A program made the translations under genes and the position numbers. Of a stretch of 64,000 bases of DNA, positions 46,406 to 57,164 are shown one piece after another. The notes under the pieces were generated by a model that saw nothing but the letters and a program-made list of their open reading frames with translations, did not search any database and was not told where the DNA came from. The DNA comes from Piromyces finnis finn (lineage: Eukaryota; Fungi; Neocallimastigomycota), in the NCBI GenBank assembly GCA_002104945.1, contig MCFH01000087.1:62001-126000 (forward strand), given 5' to 3'. How positions within the stretch are numbered: position 1 is the stretch's first letter; each line of letters starts with the position of its first letter.

Positions 46406-48868
46406 TCATGGAACAAAATTATGATCACCATTGGTTGCGCTGGCCCTCCTGGCCTGTCTTACTGTTTCTTCAGCATTGACGCTCTTGGATGTTGCTTCAA
46501 ACCTTTTGAACATTGACCATTGCTGGCCAATAGCAAAAGGCATGATTTTGGTTAGAAGTTCCGCGGTTACCGTCAAGAATGGTGTTCCTTCGTTAGTACC
46601 AGATTGAATCTGACGCTTACAAAGTTCTTTCCATTCCCTTGAATTGTAATTGATATTGTTAAAACTTCTTCCCCCAAGAAGGAATTTAAATATTTTACTG
46701 CACACACTAGAATAATCATACACATTAATATTCACCGGATTATTAGAACTATTACTATCATTAACTAAATTACTATCTAAATTAGAATTATTATCTTCAC
46801 TATTGCTATCATTACTAATATTATTATTTCTATTACTACTATTGTTATTATTACTATTGTTATTACTACTATTATTACTATTACTATTAATGTTATTGCT
46901 GTCTCTACTGATATTAACGTTTTCATTATTATTGATAGGACTATTGGAATTACGTTGACTGAAAAAATTTAGTAGCTGGACTATGGAATCATAATGTTTA
47001 ATACGGATATCTCTAAATGTTGGACAATCTAATAACCAATGTTTAATACTTTGAACACCACACTTGCAACATGGACAGTAGTTAGGACAAACTGGATCAA
47101 CAAATTTAGCAGCTTTGGCAACTCTAGCATCCAACTTGTATCCGCTTCTTGCTTTCAATAGCCAGTAGAAGCCATAGGCAAACTCTGGGTATTCATAACA
47201 TAATTTGATAAAATCTTTAGTTTCAATAAATTTATTATCATCATAATATTGCGCTTTGATTGAATTCCCTTTGAGATCTTTCCAATAAAAGTTTTTAACT
47301 GCTTTAACATCTCCATGTTTCTTTAGTTTTTTATCAAGTGTCCTACTTGATTTGCACCACGTGTATTTTCTAAATTTAGGAATGTAATTGACAAGGTGTG
47401 AGATAATACAATTTGAGTTTTTCCATTTGTTAAAACATCTAACCTGAGCTAACGCACATTTGGCTGACAATGGAGGAATATTCAAATCTTTTGAGATAGA
47501 GTATAAAGATATAAACGATACAGCTTTATGAACTCCGGCAACCCATCGTATTCCTTTGTTAACATGCTTCTGAGCAATCCTAGACCTAGCTTTGTTGGAT
47601 CCAAGTAATGGTGCAAAGTATGAAACTCTGCTAATCACTTGAGAGTTAAGTACTAGTTTTTTGAAAGGAATAGGAATATTAGGATTTCTTAAGAATTTAC
47701 TGACTGAGAAAAGTCCTTTCAAAACCTTGTTATTAAGAGTTTTAATAACTGGTTTAAGGGATAAATTCTTATCAAATGGAACACCAAGATAAGTATAACA
47801 ATCAGTAGTTGGAATGGGTTGTCCTGCTAAGTAAAATGTTGGATCTCTCTTGTTCTGATTTTCTATTGATTCAGGACGAATCACCATCGTTGAACATTTC
47901 TGGATACCAAATTCCATTTCATTATACAAGGCCCATTCATTAACTCTTCTAAGCATCTTTTTTAAGCATCCTCTTGTTGGAGCACAAATAACTATATCAT
48001 CTGCAAAAAGTCCACCACAGCATCGAGTGTCACCTAAACTGACTCCTAGATCTTCGCACTCTCTAAATATATCATTAATAAAGAGATTAAAGAGAATAGG
48101 AGAAAGAGGGCAACCTTGACGGACTCCTTTCTTCACATCAAAAGATTTCGAGAATTGTCCATCTAATTTGACATTAGCCTTAGATGTTAAATATAAATTT
48201 TTGATAAATTGTAAACTCTTACCTCGGATTCCTAAACAATCTAATTTATGGAGAATATTACCGATTGGGACTGAATCGTATGCTTTCCTGAGATCTAAAA
48301 AGGCCAAATATGTCTCTTTATTATCTAATTGACGTCTACGGCATATTTCTTGGATTGAAATGAAAAGACTGATACTTTCTTCCTTTTTTCGAAAACTAAA
48401 TTGTTCAGGTCTAATGAAATTATTCTTTAAACCATATTCTGAGATTCTAGTGGTGACAATTTTGGAAATCAACTTAATACCATTATTGATAAGTGATATA
48501 CCTCGATAGTTATCACAATCTGTCAAATCTCCCTTCTTAGGAATAGAAACAATACTGGATTCATTCCATGAGTTGGGGAAGTCTCCATCCCAAATACGGT
48601 TAAATAATTTAAGAATAAAATTTAAACCATGAGCATCATTATCTGAAGTGATATTACCAGAAGAATTATTATCTGTAGCATTATTAGAATCATTACTTGA
48701 TGGAATTAATGCTTTGTAAAATTCAATTGGAATACCATCCGGACCCTGATGCTTTATAATTTGGAGTAGAGAGGATAGCTGACTTGACCTCATCAATACT
48801 AATATCTTGGTTGATATCCCACTCATCAAGCATAGGAAGTGAAAAACGTTTATTCGTTGGTTCTTCAT
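46406..48868 (-). CDS. LINE copy a RT plus C-terminal CCHC domain (probably joined to the EN ORF at about 48745)
   Basis: GPDG, NYRGISL, FLDLRKAYDSV, GVRQGCPLSPILF, FADD, C-x2-C-x8-H-x4-C. QFGFR motif changed to QFSFR. Confidence 0.88.
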   Translation of the reverse strand: MKNQRINVFHFLCLMSGISTKILVLMRSSQLSSLLQIIKHQGPDGIPIEFYKALIPSSNDSNNATDNNSSGNITSDNDAHGLNFILKLFNRIWDGDFPNSWNESSIVSIPKKGDLTDCDNYRGISLINNGIKLISKIVTTRISEYGLKNNFIRPEQFSFRKKEESISLFISIQEICRRRQLDNKETYLAFLDLRKAYDSVPIGNILHKLDCLGIRGKSLQFIKNLYLTSKANVKLDGQFSKSFDVKKGVRQGCPLSPILFNLFINDIFRECEDLGVSLGDTRCCGGLFADDIVICAPTRGCLKKMLRRVNEWALYNEMEFGIQKCSTMVIRPESIENQNKRDPTFYLAGQPIPTTDCYTYLGVPFDKNLSLKPVIKTLNNKVLKGLFSVSKFLRNPNIPIPFKKLVLNSQVISRVSYFAPLLGSNKARSRIAQKHVNKGIRWVAGVHKAVSFISLYSISKDLNIPPLSAKCALAQVRCFNKWKNSNCIISHLVNYIPKFRKYTWCKSSRTLDKKLKKHGDVKAVKNFYWKDLKGNSIKAQYYDDNKFIETKDFIKLCYEYPEFAYGFYWLLKARSGYKLDARVAKAAKFVDPVCPNYCPCCKCGVQSIKHWLLDCPTFRDIRIKHYDSIVQLLNFFSQRNSNSPINNNENVNISRDSNNINSNSNNSSNNNSNNNNSSNRNNNISNDSNSEDNNSNLDSNLVNDSNSSNNPVNINVYDYSSVCSKIFKFLLGGRSFNNINYNSREWKELCKRQIQSGTNEGTPFLTVTAELLTKIMPFAIGQQWSMFKRFEATSKSVNAEETVRQARRASATNGDHNFVP

Positions 48869-50906
48869 ACCAATGCTCTAAATCAAGACTTACACCACTT
48901 GGATCTGATGCAAGATTTTCGAAATGATCATGCCACACATCTAGTTGTTCTTCCGTAGCAACAACTAATTCTCCGTTTTTGTTTTTAATTGGTTGAGCAA
49001 TAAAGAAAGAATCTTTTCCAATTTTTGCAGTTTTCTTGATCCATTTCCAGGCCTTCTTAGGATTATGACTCTTCATATACTCACATCCTGTTTTAATCCA
49101 ATGAAGATATTCTTGCTTCCTAAATTCATTACATCTTTTGTGGATGTAATCAATGAGCTTACGGTAGATTTTAATTCTTTTAATAAATTCATCTATATCA
49201 TAAATTCTTTCTTTTTTAAATCTCTTATACAACTTCATTTTGATTTTTTGGAGATTAAAAATTTGTTGTGAAATATGAAATGAAGACTTTATAACATTAT
49301 TTGCTGAGGTAATACTGAGCTCGTCTGCAATTGAAAAAGCAGTTGAAGTAAACTCTTTGGAAAGTTCATCTGTAGAAACATTAAGATCGTTGAATTTTGC
49401 TGAAAGAATTTGGAATTTATTATGACTGAGAATAGATTCCTTTTCCTCAATACATTTTAATCTATTCCATTTCAGAATTTTCTTAGGAACATTAAAGTCA
49501 TTAGAAAAATCTTCCATAGGAATAACTTTACCATTAATAAGAAGTGGCTTATGGTCTGATACAGGATAAAAATTATTTATAAATGATCCTGAGTGAATAA
49601 GATCTTTCATCTTCGAATTGATAAGAGCATGGTCAATGTCGGAAGATTGATCACCTCGAGTCCAAGAGATAGTCGACCCTCTAAGCAGAAGAATTTCCCA
49701 ATCTCCTAATCCATTAGTTGATAACCAGTTGGATAATTTTACTTTAGACATATTAAAATCACCAACAAGAATCGATGGATGGGATGAATGAGTTTGTAAC
49801 CACAAGCGAACTTCTAACTTTGCATGATCAACATAGATGTTGTGATGACTATGAGGCATATAAACATTTCCAATCGAGCATTTGAATCTATTCCAGAGAC
49901 TAAAAGTATAAATAGAAATAATATACTTTCCAGAGAAGTTTTCAAGTGAGGCTTGACACGAATTGTGAAAACCTAAATATAAACCTCTCATTCCCGGAAC
50001 TGATTCGTCAGCTTTCTTGAAAAAGTGTCTATAGTTTCGCAAAGTAACACGACAAGGATAATCTGTATTCGAACCAGAACCATTACCAGTTTCTTGGAAA
50101 CATAAAAATAATGGTTTGAAAATAGCTGTGAAATAGCTAATACTATCTCTCTTTTCGTGATTCCACCCATTGGTGTTCCAACTAAGACAAAAAGAAAAGT
50201 TATCAGGCTTGTTGGATGAGGAAGAATCGTTGCTATTATTATTATTATTAAAGTCATCATTATTAATGGATGATGCATCAGAGGAATAAGTAGAACTATT
50301 ACTAGATGGCTGTGAAACTGAAGAACTATCAACTATTGAACTGTTATCAGAGTTGATAGAACTATTAGAATTAATTGTTGAATGTTGAGATTGAAATTGT
50401 GTTTGCTGTAGATCTGGAATATTTTCATGATGGAAAACTTGTTGAAGATCCTGTTGAAGATCTTGTTGAAGATCGGATTGTTGATGAGATTGTTGAACTG
50501 ATTGTTGAAATGATTGTTGAATAGAATGTTGATGTTTATTAGAAACTAAAATTTTACGTTTGAGAGTGGAAAAAGTATATTTGTGATTCCTTCTACTACG
50601 AGCTGAAAAGGAAATTGAGGTAACTGAAAGTTTCTTCTTTAATATGTGTAAGATTTTAATACAATCTTTCGATGAACCATGAACCTTGACTAAGAAAAAG
50701 TGATCATTGAAAGTTTGAAAATATTTAACACTAATAACTGAATTAAATTTATCTTCTAGAATAACCTCGAGTTTTTCCCATAGCATATTTACTGACCATG
50801 ATCGAATACCACGGATAAAGAAGGAGCGAATATCATCTAAGGGGATACCATAAGACCGGGTACCACGTCTGATATAATTCTTATCTTTAATATAAAGGAC
50901 TGACAT
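48723..50906 (-). CDS. LINE copy a N-terminal extension plus AP endonuclease
   Basis: SWNTNG, CFQET, VGDFN, IDHAL, SDHKP. Confidence 0.88.
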   Translation of the reverse strand: MSVLYIKDKNYIRRGTRSYGIPLDDIRSFFIRGIRSWSVNMLWEKLEVILEDKFNSVISVKYFQTFNDHFFLVKVHGSSKDCIKILHILKKKLSVTSISFSARSRRNHKYTFSTLKRKILVSNKHQHSIQQSFQQSVQQSHQQSDLQQDLQQDLQQVFHHENIPDLQQTQFQSQHSTINSNSSINSDNSSIVDSSSVSQPSSNSSTYSSDASSINNDDFNNNNNSNDSSSSNKPDNFSFCLSWNTNGWNHEKRDSISYFTAIFKPLFLCFQETGNGSGSNTDYPCRVTLRNYRHFFKKADESVPGMRGLYLGFHNSCQASLENFSGKYIISIYTFSLWNRFKCSIGNVYMPHSHHNIYVDHAKLEVRLWLQTHSSHPSILVGDFNMSKVKLSNWLSTNGLGDWEILLLRGSTISWTRGDQSSDIDHALINSKMKDLIHSGSFINNFYPVSDHKPLLINGKVIPMEDFSNDFNVPKKILKWNRLKCIEEKESILSHNKFQILSAKFNDLNVSTDELSKEFTSTAFSIADELSITSANNVIKSSFHISQQIFNLQKIKMKLYKRFKKERIYDIDEFIKRIKIYRKLIDYIHKRCNEFRKQEYLHWIKTGCEYMKSHNPKKAWKWIKKTAKIGKDSFFIAQPIKNKNGELVVATEEQLDVWHDHFENLASDPSGVSLDLEHWYEEPTNKRFSLPMLDEWDINQDISIDEVKSAILSTPNYKASGSGWYSN

Positions 50907-51348
50907 GATAATAAATTCTAATTAAAAAATATTGAATATAAAAGAAATACTAATAGAAATTACAAATATAACGTATATGGAAAAAAATCTGTCTCTCTCT
51001 CTCTTCTTAAGTACTGGATAGTACAAAAATTGTTACGATGCTTTGTTTAAAGTTTCTTTTTTTTGAATTCTAGTTGTAAATTTTCTTTAAAAATTCTAAT
51101 TTTGGTTTGTTGTTAGTAAATTCGATTCGCTTTTTGACACTAAAATTGTTTGACTTTACTTTTCATTAAATATTTAAATTGGTAAAAAATTTGAATCAAG
51201 AATGTCGACACCAGAAAGCTTGTGAATAGTATTTTTACATGATGTAGAGTGAATCAGTCTCTTACAAGAAACAATACAACAATAGCTACATGAATATAAA
51301 AATACAATGCAAATGCTAAAGTTGACTACATTGGATTCTTACAAGAGA

Positions 51349-51406
<58 letters not shown>

Positions 51407-51640
51407 GGCATCAAATATTTTAAACTTTATTATTAATTTAATTAAAATTATAATACATGAAATATAAAAATTAAAATAAAATAAAAATAAAAAAATATGT
51501 TTAAATAAACACAAATGAATAAAAATTGGGTATAATGTATTCTAGTAATTTTAATTAAAGTAAGAAAGCCACTATCATACTAAAGTATAATAATTGTATT
51601 TGACTTCCAATGGGACACCGAGCCAAAGATCAAAATTTTA

Positions 51641-54130
51641 TCATGGGACAAAATTATGATCTCCATTGGTTGCGCTGGCCCTCCTGGCCTGTCTTACTGT
51701 TTCTTCAGCATTGACGCTCTTGGATGTTGCTTCAAACCTTTTGAACATTGACCATTGCTGGCCAATAGCAAAAGGCATGATTTTGGTTAGAAGTTCCGCG
51801 GTTACCGTCAAGAATGGTGTTCCTTCATTAGTACCAGATTGAATCTGACGCTTACAAAGTTCTTTCCATTCCCTTGAATTGTAATTGATATTGTTAAAAC
51901 TTCTTCCCCCAAGAAGGAATTTAAATATTTTACTGCACACACTAGAATAATCATACACATTAATATTCACCGGATTATTAGAACTATTACTATCATTAAC
52001 TAAATTACTATCTAAATTAGAATTATTATCTTCACTATTGCTATCATTACTAATATTATTATTTCTATTATTGTTATTATTACTATTGTTACTATTACTA
52101 TTGTTATTATTACTATTGTTACTATTACTATTAATATTATTACTATCTCTACTGATATTATCAATTTCATTATTATTGATAGGACTATTGGAATTACGTT
52201 GACTGAAAAAATTTAATAGCTGGACTATGGAATCATAATGTTTAATACGGATATCTCTAAATGTTGGACAATCTAATAACCAATGTTTAATACTTTGATC
52301 TCCACACTTGCAACATGGACAGTAGTTAGGACAAACTGGATCAACAAATTTGGCAGCTTTGGCAACTCTAGCATCCAACTTGTATCCGCTTCTTGCTTTC
52401 AATAGCCAGTAGAAGCCATAGGCAAACTCTGGGTACTCATAACATAATTTAATAAAATCTTTAGTTTCAATAAACTTATTATCATCATAATATTGCGCTT
52501 TGATTGAATTCCCTTTGAGATCTTTCCAATAAAAGTTTTTAACTGCTTTAACATCTCCATGTTTCTTTAGTTTTTTATCAAGTGTCCTACTTGATTTGCA
52601 CCACGTGTATTTTCTAAATTTAGGAATGTAATTGACAAGGTATGAGATAATACAATTTGAGTTTTTCCATTTGTTAAAACATCTAACCTGAGCTAACGCA
52701 CATTTGGCTGACAATGGAGGAATATTCAAATCTTTTGAAATAGAGTATAAAGATATAAACGATACAGCTTTATGAACTCCGGCAACCCATCGTATTCCTT
52801 TGTTAACATGCTTCTGTGCAATTCTAGACCTGGCTTTGTTGGATCCAAGTAATGGTGCAAAGTATGAAACTCTGCTAATCACTTGTGAGTTAAGTACTAG
52901 CTTTTTGAAGGGAATAGGAATATTAGGATTTCTTAAGAATTTACTGACTGAAAAAAGCCCTTTCAAAACCTTGTTATTAAGAGCTTTAATAACTGGTTTA
53001 AGGGACAGATTCTTATCAAATGGAACACCAAGATAAGTATAACAATCAGTAGTTGGAATGGGTTGTCCTGCTAAGTAAAATGTTGGATCTCTCTTGTTCT
53101 GATTTTCTATTGATTCAGGACGAATCACCATCGTTGAACACTTCTGGATACCAAATTCCATTTCATTATACAAGGCCCATTCATTAACTCTTCTAAGCAT
53201 CTTTTTTAAGCATCCTCTTGTTGGAGCACAAATAACTATATCATCTGCAAAAAGTCCACCACAGCATCGAGTGTCACCTAAACTGACTCCGAGATCTTCA
53301 CACTCTTTAAATATATCATTAATAAAGAGATTAAAGAGAATAGGAGAAAGAGGGCATCCTTGACGGACTCCTTTCTTCACATCAAAAGATTTCGAGAATT
53401 GTCCATCTAATTTGACATTAGCCTTAGATGTTAAATATAAATTTTTGATGAATTGTAAACTCTTACCTCGGATTCCTAAACAATCTAATTTATGGAGAAT
53501 ATTACCGATTGGGACTGAATCGTATGCTTTCCTGAGATCTAAAAAGGCCAAATATGTCTCTTTATTATCTAATTGACGTCTACGGCATATTTCTTGGATT
53601 GAAATGAAAAGACTGATACTTTCTTCCTTTTTTCGAAAACCAAATTGTTCAGGTCTAATGAAATTATTCTTTAGACCATATTCTGAGATTCTAGTGGTGA
53701 CAATTTTGGAAATCAACTTAATACCATTATTGATAAGTGATATACCTCGATAGTTATCACAATCTGTCAAATCTCCCTTCTTAGGAATAGAAACAATACT
53801 GGATTCATTCCATGAGTTGGGGAAGTCTCCATCCCAAATACGGTTGAATAATTTAAGAATAAAATTTAAACCATAAGCATCATTATCTGAAGTGGTATTA
53901 CCGGAAGAATTATTATCTGTAGCATTATTAGAATCATTACTTGATGGAATTAATGCTTTGTAAAATTCAATTGGAATACCATCCGGACCCTGATGCTTTA
54001 TAATTCGGAGTAGTGAGGATAGCTGACTTGACTTCATCAATACTAATATCTTGGTTGATATCCCATTCATCAAGCATAGGGAGTGAAAAACGTTTATTCG
54101 TTGGTTCTTCATACCAATGCTCCAAATCAA
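51641..54130 (-). CDS. LINE copy b RT plus CCHC domain
   Basis: Same motifs as copy a, with QFGFR intact. Confidence 0.9.
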   Translation of the reverse strand: MIWSIGMKNQRINVFHSLCLMNGISTKILVLMKSSQLSSLLRIIKHQGPDGIPIEFYKALIPSSNDSNNATDNNSSGNTTSDNDAYGLNFILKLFNRIWDGDFPNSWNESSIVSIPKKGDLTDCDNYRGISLINNGIKLISKIVTTRISEYGLKNNFIRPEQFGFRKKEESISLFISIQEICRRRQLDNKETYLAFLDLRKAYDSVPIGNILHKLDCLGIRGKSLQFIKNLYLTSKANVKLDGQFSKSFDVKKGVRQGCPLSPILFNLFINDIFKECEDLGVSLGDTRCCGGLFADDIVICAPTRGCLKKMLRRVNEWALYNEMEFGIQKCSTMVIRPESIENQNKRDPTFYLAGQPIPTTDCYTYLGVPFDKNLSLKPVIKALNNKVLKGLFSVSKFLRNPNIPIPFKKLVLNSQVISRVSYFAPLLGSNKARSRIAQKHVNKGIRWVAGVHKAVSFISLYSISKDLNIPPLSAKCALAQVRCFNKWKNSNCIISYLVNYIPKFRKYTWCKSSRTLDKKLKKHGDVKAVKNFYWKDLKGNSIKAQYYDDNKFIETKDFIKLCYEYPEFAYGFYWLLKARSGYKLDARVAKAAKFVDPVCPNYCPCCKCGDQSIKHWLLDCPTFRDIRIKHYDSIVQLLNFFSQRNSNSPINNNEIDNISRDSNNINSNSNNSNNNNSNSNNSNNNNNRNNNISNDSNSEDNNSNLDSNLVNDSNSSNNPVNINVYDYSSVCSKIFKFLLGGRSFNNINYNSREWKELCKRQIQSGTNEGTPFLTVTAELLTKIMPFAIGQQWSMFKRFEATSKSVNAEETVRQARRASATNGDHNFVP

Positions 54131-56162
54131 GACTTACACCACTTGGATCTGATGCAAGCTTTTCGAAATGATCATGCCACACATCTAGTTGTTCTTCCGT
54201 AGCAACAACTAATTCTCCATTTTTGTTTTTAATTGGTTGAGCAATAAAGAAAGAATCTTTTCCAATTTTTGCAGTTTTCTTGATCCATTTCCAGGCCTTC
54301 TTAGGATTATGACTCTTCATATACTCACATCCTGTTTTAATCCAATGAAGATATTCTTGCTTCCTAAATTCATTACATCTTTTGTGGATGTAATCAATGA
54401 GCTTACGGTAGATTTTAATTCTTTTAATAAATTCATCTATATCATAAATTCTTTCTTTTTTAAATCTCTTATACAACTTCATTTTGATTTTTTGGAGATT
54501 AAAAATTTGTTGTGAAATATGAAATGAAGACTTTATAACATTATTTGCTGAGGTAATACTGAGCTCGTCTGCAATTGAAAAAGCAGTTGAAGTAAACTCT
54601 TTGGAAAGTTCATCTGTAGAAACATTAGGATCGTTGAATTTTGCTGAAAGTATTTGGAATTTATTATGACTGAGAATAGATTCCTTTTCCTCAATACATT
54701 TTAATCTATTCCATTTCAGAATTTTCTTAGGAACATTAAAGTCATTAGAAAAATCTTCCATAGGAATAATTTTACCATTAATAAGAAGTGGCTTATGGTC
54801 TGATACAGGATAAAAATTATTTATAAATGATCCTGAGTGAATAAGATCTTTCATCTTCGAATTGATAAGAGCATGGTCAATGTCGGAAGATTGATCACCT
54901 CGAGTCCAAGAGATAGTAGACCCTCTAAGCGGAAGAATTTCCCAATCTCCTAATCCATTAGTTGATAACCAGTTGGATAATTTTACTTTAGACATATTAA
55001 AATCACCAACAAGAATCGATGGATGGGATGAATGAGTTTGTAACCACAAGCGAACTTCTAACTTTGCATGATCAACATAGATGTTGTGATGACTATGAGG
55101 CATATAAACATTTCCAATCGAGCATTTGAATCTATTCCAGAGACTAAAAGTATAAATAGAAATAATATACTTTCCAGAGAAGTTTTCAAGTGAGGCTTGA
55201 CACGAATTGTGAAAACCTAAATATAAACCTCTCATTCCCGGAACTGATTCGTCAGCTTTCTTGAAAAAGTGTCTATAGTTTCGCAAAGTAACACGACAAG
55301 GATAATCTGTATTCGATCCAGAACCATTACCAGTTTCTTGGAAACATAAGAATAATGGTTTGAAAATAGCTGTGAAATAGCTAATACTATCTCTCTTTTC
55401 GTGATTCCACCCATTGGTGTTCCAACTAAGACAAAAAGAAAAGTTATCAGGCTTGTTGGATGAGGAAGAATCGTTGCTATTATTATTATTATTAAAGTCA
55501 TCGTTATTAATGGATGATGCATCAGAGGAATAAGTAGAACTATTACTAGATGGCTGTGAAACTGAAGAACTATCAACTATTGAACTGTTATCAGAGTTGA
55601 TAGAACTATTAGAATTAATTGTTGAATGTTGAGATTGAAATTGTGTTTGCTGTAGATCTGGAATATTTTCATGATGGGAAACTTGTTGAAGATCCTGTTG
55701 AAGATCTTGTTGAAGATCGGATTGTTGATGAGATTGTTGAACTGATTGTTGAACTGATTGTTGAAATGATTGTTGAATAGAATGTTGATGTTTATTAGAA
55801 ACTAAAATTTTACGTTTGAGAGTGGAAAAAGTGTATTTGTGATTCCTTCTACTACGAGCTGAAAAGGAAATTGAGGTAACTGAAAGTTTCTTCTTTAACA
55901 TGTGTAAGATTTTAATACAATCTTTTGATGAACCATGAACCTTGACTAAGAAAAAGTGATCATTGAAAGTTTGAAAATATTTAACACTAATAACTGAATT
56001 AAATTTATCTTCTAGAATAACCTCGAGTTTTTCCCATAGCATATTTACTGACCATGATCGAATACCACGGATAAAGAAGGAGCGAATATCATCTAAGGGG
56101 ATACCATAAGACCGGGTACCACGTCTGATATAATTCTTATCTTTAATATAAAGGACTGACAT
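53967..56162 (-). CDS. LINE copy b N-terminal extension plus AP endonuclease
   Basis: Same motifs as copy a; one extra SVQQ repeat unit. Confidence 0.9.
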   Translation of the reverse strand: MSVLYIKDKNYIRRGTRSYGIPLDDIRSFFIRGIRSWSVNMLWEKLEVILEDKFNSVISVKYFQTFNDHFFLVKVHGSSKDCIKILHMLKKKLSVTSISFSARSRRNHKYTFSTLKRKILVSNKHQHSIQQSFQQSVQQSVQQSHQQSDLQQDLQQDLQQVSHHENIPDLQQTQFQSQHSTINSNSSINSDNSSIVDSSSVSQPSSNSSTYSSDASSINNDDFNNNNNSNDSSSSNKPDNFSFCLSWNTNGWNHEKRDSISYFTAIFKPLFLCFQETGNGSGSNTDYPCRVTLRNYRHFFKKADESVPGMRGLYLGFHNSCQASLENFSGKYIISIYTFSLWNRFKCSIGNVYMPHSHHNIYVDHAKLEVRLWLQTHSSHPSILVGDFNMSKVKLSNWLSTNGLGDWEILPLRGSTISWTRGDQSSDIDHALINSKMKDLIHSGSFINNFYPVSDHKPLLINGKIIPMEDFSNDFNVPKKILKWNRLKCIEEKESILSHNKFQILSAKFNDPNVSTDELSKEFTSTAFSIADELSITSANNVIKSSFHISQQIFNLQKIKMKLYKRFKKERIYDIDEFIKRIKIYRKLIDYIHKRCNEFRKQEYLHWIKTGCEYMKSHNPKKAWKWIKKTAKIGKDSFFIAQPIKNKNGELVVATEEQLDVWHDHFEKLASDPSGVSLDLEHWYEEPTNKRFSLPMLDEWDINQDISIDEVKSAILTTPNYKASGSGWYSN

Positions 56163-56808
56163 GATAATAAATTCTAATTAAAAAATATTGAATATAAAAT
56201 AAATACTAATAAAAATTACAAATATAACGTATATGGAAAAAAATCTGTCTCTCTCTCTCTTCTTAAAAGTACTGGATAGTACAAAAATTGTTACGATGCT
56301 TTGTTTAAAGTTTCTTATTTTTTGAATTCTAGTTGTAAATTTTCTTTAAAAATTCTAGTTTTGGTTTGTTGTTAGTAAATTCGATTCGCTTTTTGACACT
56401 AAACTTGTTTGACTTTACTTTTCATTAAATATTTAAATTGGTAAAAAATTTGAATCAAGAATGTCGACACCAGAAAGCTTGTGAATAGTATTTTTACATG
56501 ATGTAGAGTGAATCAGTCTCTTACAAGAAACAATACAACAATAGCTACATGAATATAAAAGTACAATGCAAATGCTAAAGTTGACTACATTGGATTCTTA
56601 CAAGAGAAGAGTAGTACTACATGAATACATGAATAAAAGAAAAAATACAGCAACAAAATGTATTACTCTTCTAATTAAATACTATACAAACTTACCTGAA
56701 AAATCAAACATTCACTTATTCATCAAATACTTAAATTTGATGAATAAAATGTTTTTTAATCGCTCAGTACCATGAGCTTAGTCCTAATAATTTTCCCTTG
56801 AAGACTAA

Positions 56809-57164
56809 CCAAGCATCCATTGCGCAATGCTTGGATTTAATTCTTTCTACTCTCTCAGTACCATGAGCATGAGTAGACCCCCTTGAGAAATTACATTTAT
56901 TAAATAAATGAAGGCACATTCCTAAGAGGGCACCAAGCATCCATTGCGCAATACTTGGATTTAATTCTTTCTACTCTCTCAGTACCATGAGCATGAGTAG
57001 ACCCCCTTGATAAACTCCATTATTGAATAAATGAAGGCACATTCCTAAGAGGGCACCAAGCATCCATTGCGCAATACTTGGATTTAATTCTTTCTACTCT
57101 CTCAGTACCATGAGCATGAGTAGACCCCCTTGAGAAACTACATTTATTAAATAAATGAAGGCAC
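56809..57164. repeat. Tandem repeat of about 2.9 units of a 123-124-bp hairpin-rich module
   Basis: Units start CCAAGCATCC at 56809, 56933 and 57056. Confidence 0.92.

Larger units (their letters stand above)
46135..51352 (-). mobile_element. Non-LTR retrotransposon (LINE family 1), copy a
   Basis: Poly(A) tail (T run 46135-46166) after AATAAA...TTTGATGCCGTT, AP-endonuclease ORF and RT ORF. Confidence 0.93.
51353..56611 (-). mobile_element. LINE family 1, copy b, head-to-tail with copy a (5' end may extend to about 56760)
   Basis: Poly(A) (T run 51353-51403) joined directly to the 5' leader of copy a. Homologous to copy a up to ACAAGAGAAGAG at 56611. Confidence 0.93.

Noticed and set aside
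56687-56697. Canonical CAG/GTAAGT donor upstream of LINE copy b
   Set aside because: Retrotransposed copies retain the downstream sequence and there is no evidence of splicing from sequence alone.
56809-57164. CRISPR-like appearance of the palindromic tandem repeat
   Set aside because: Units are ~124-bp contiguous copies with no unique spacers, there are no cas genes, and the context is eukaryotic.
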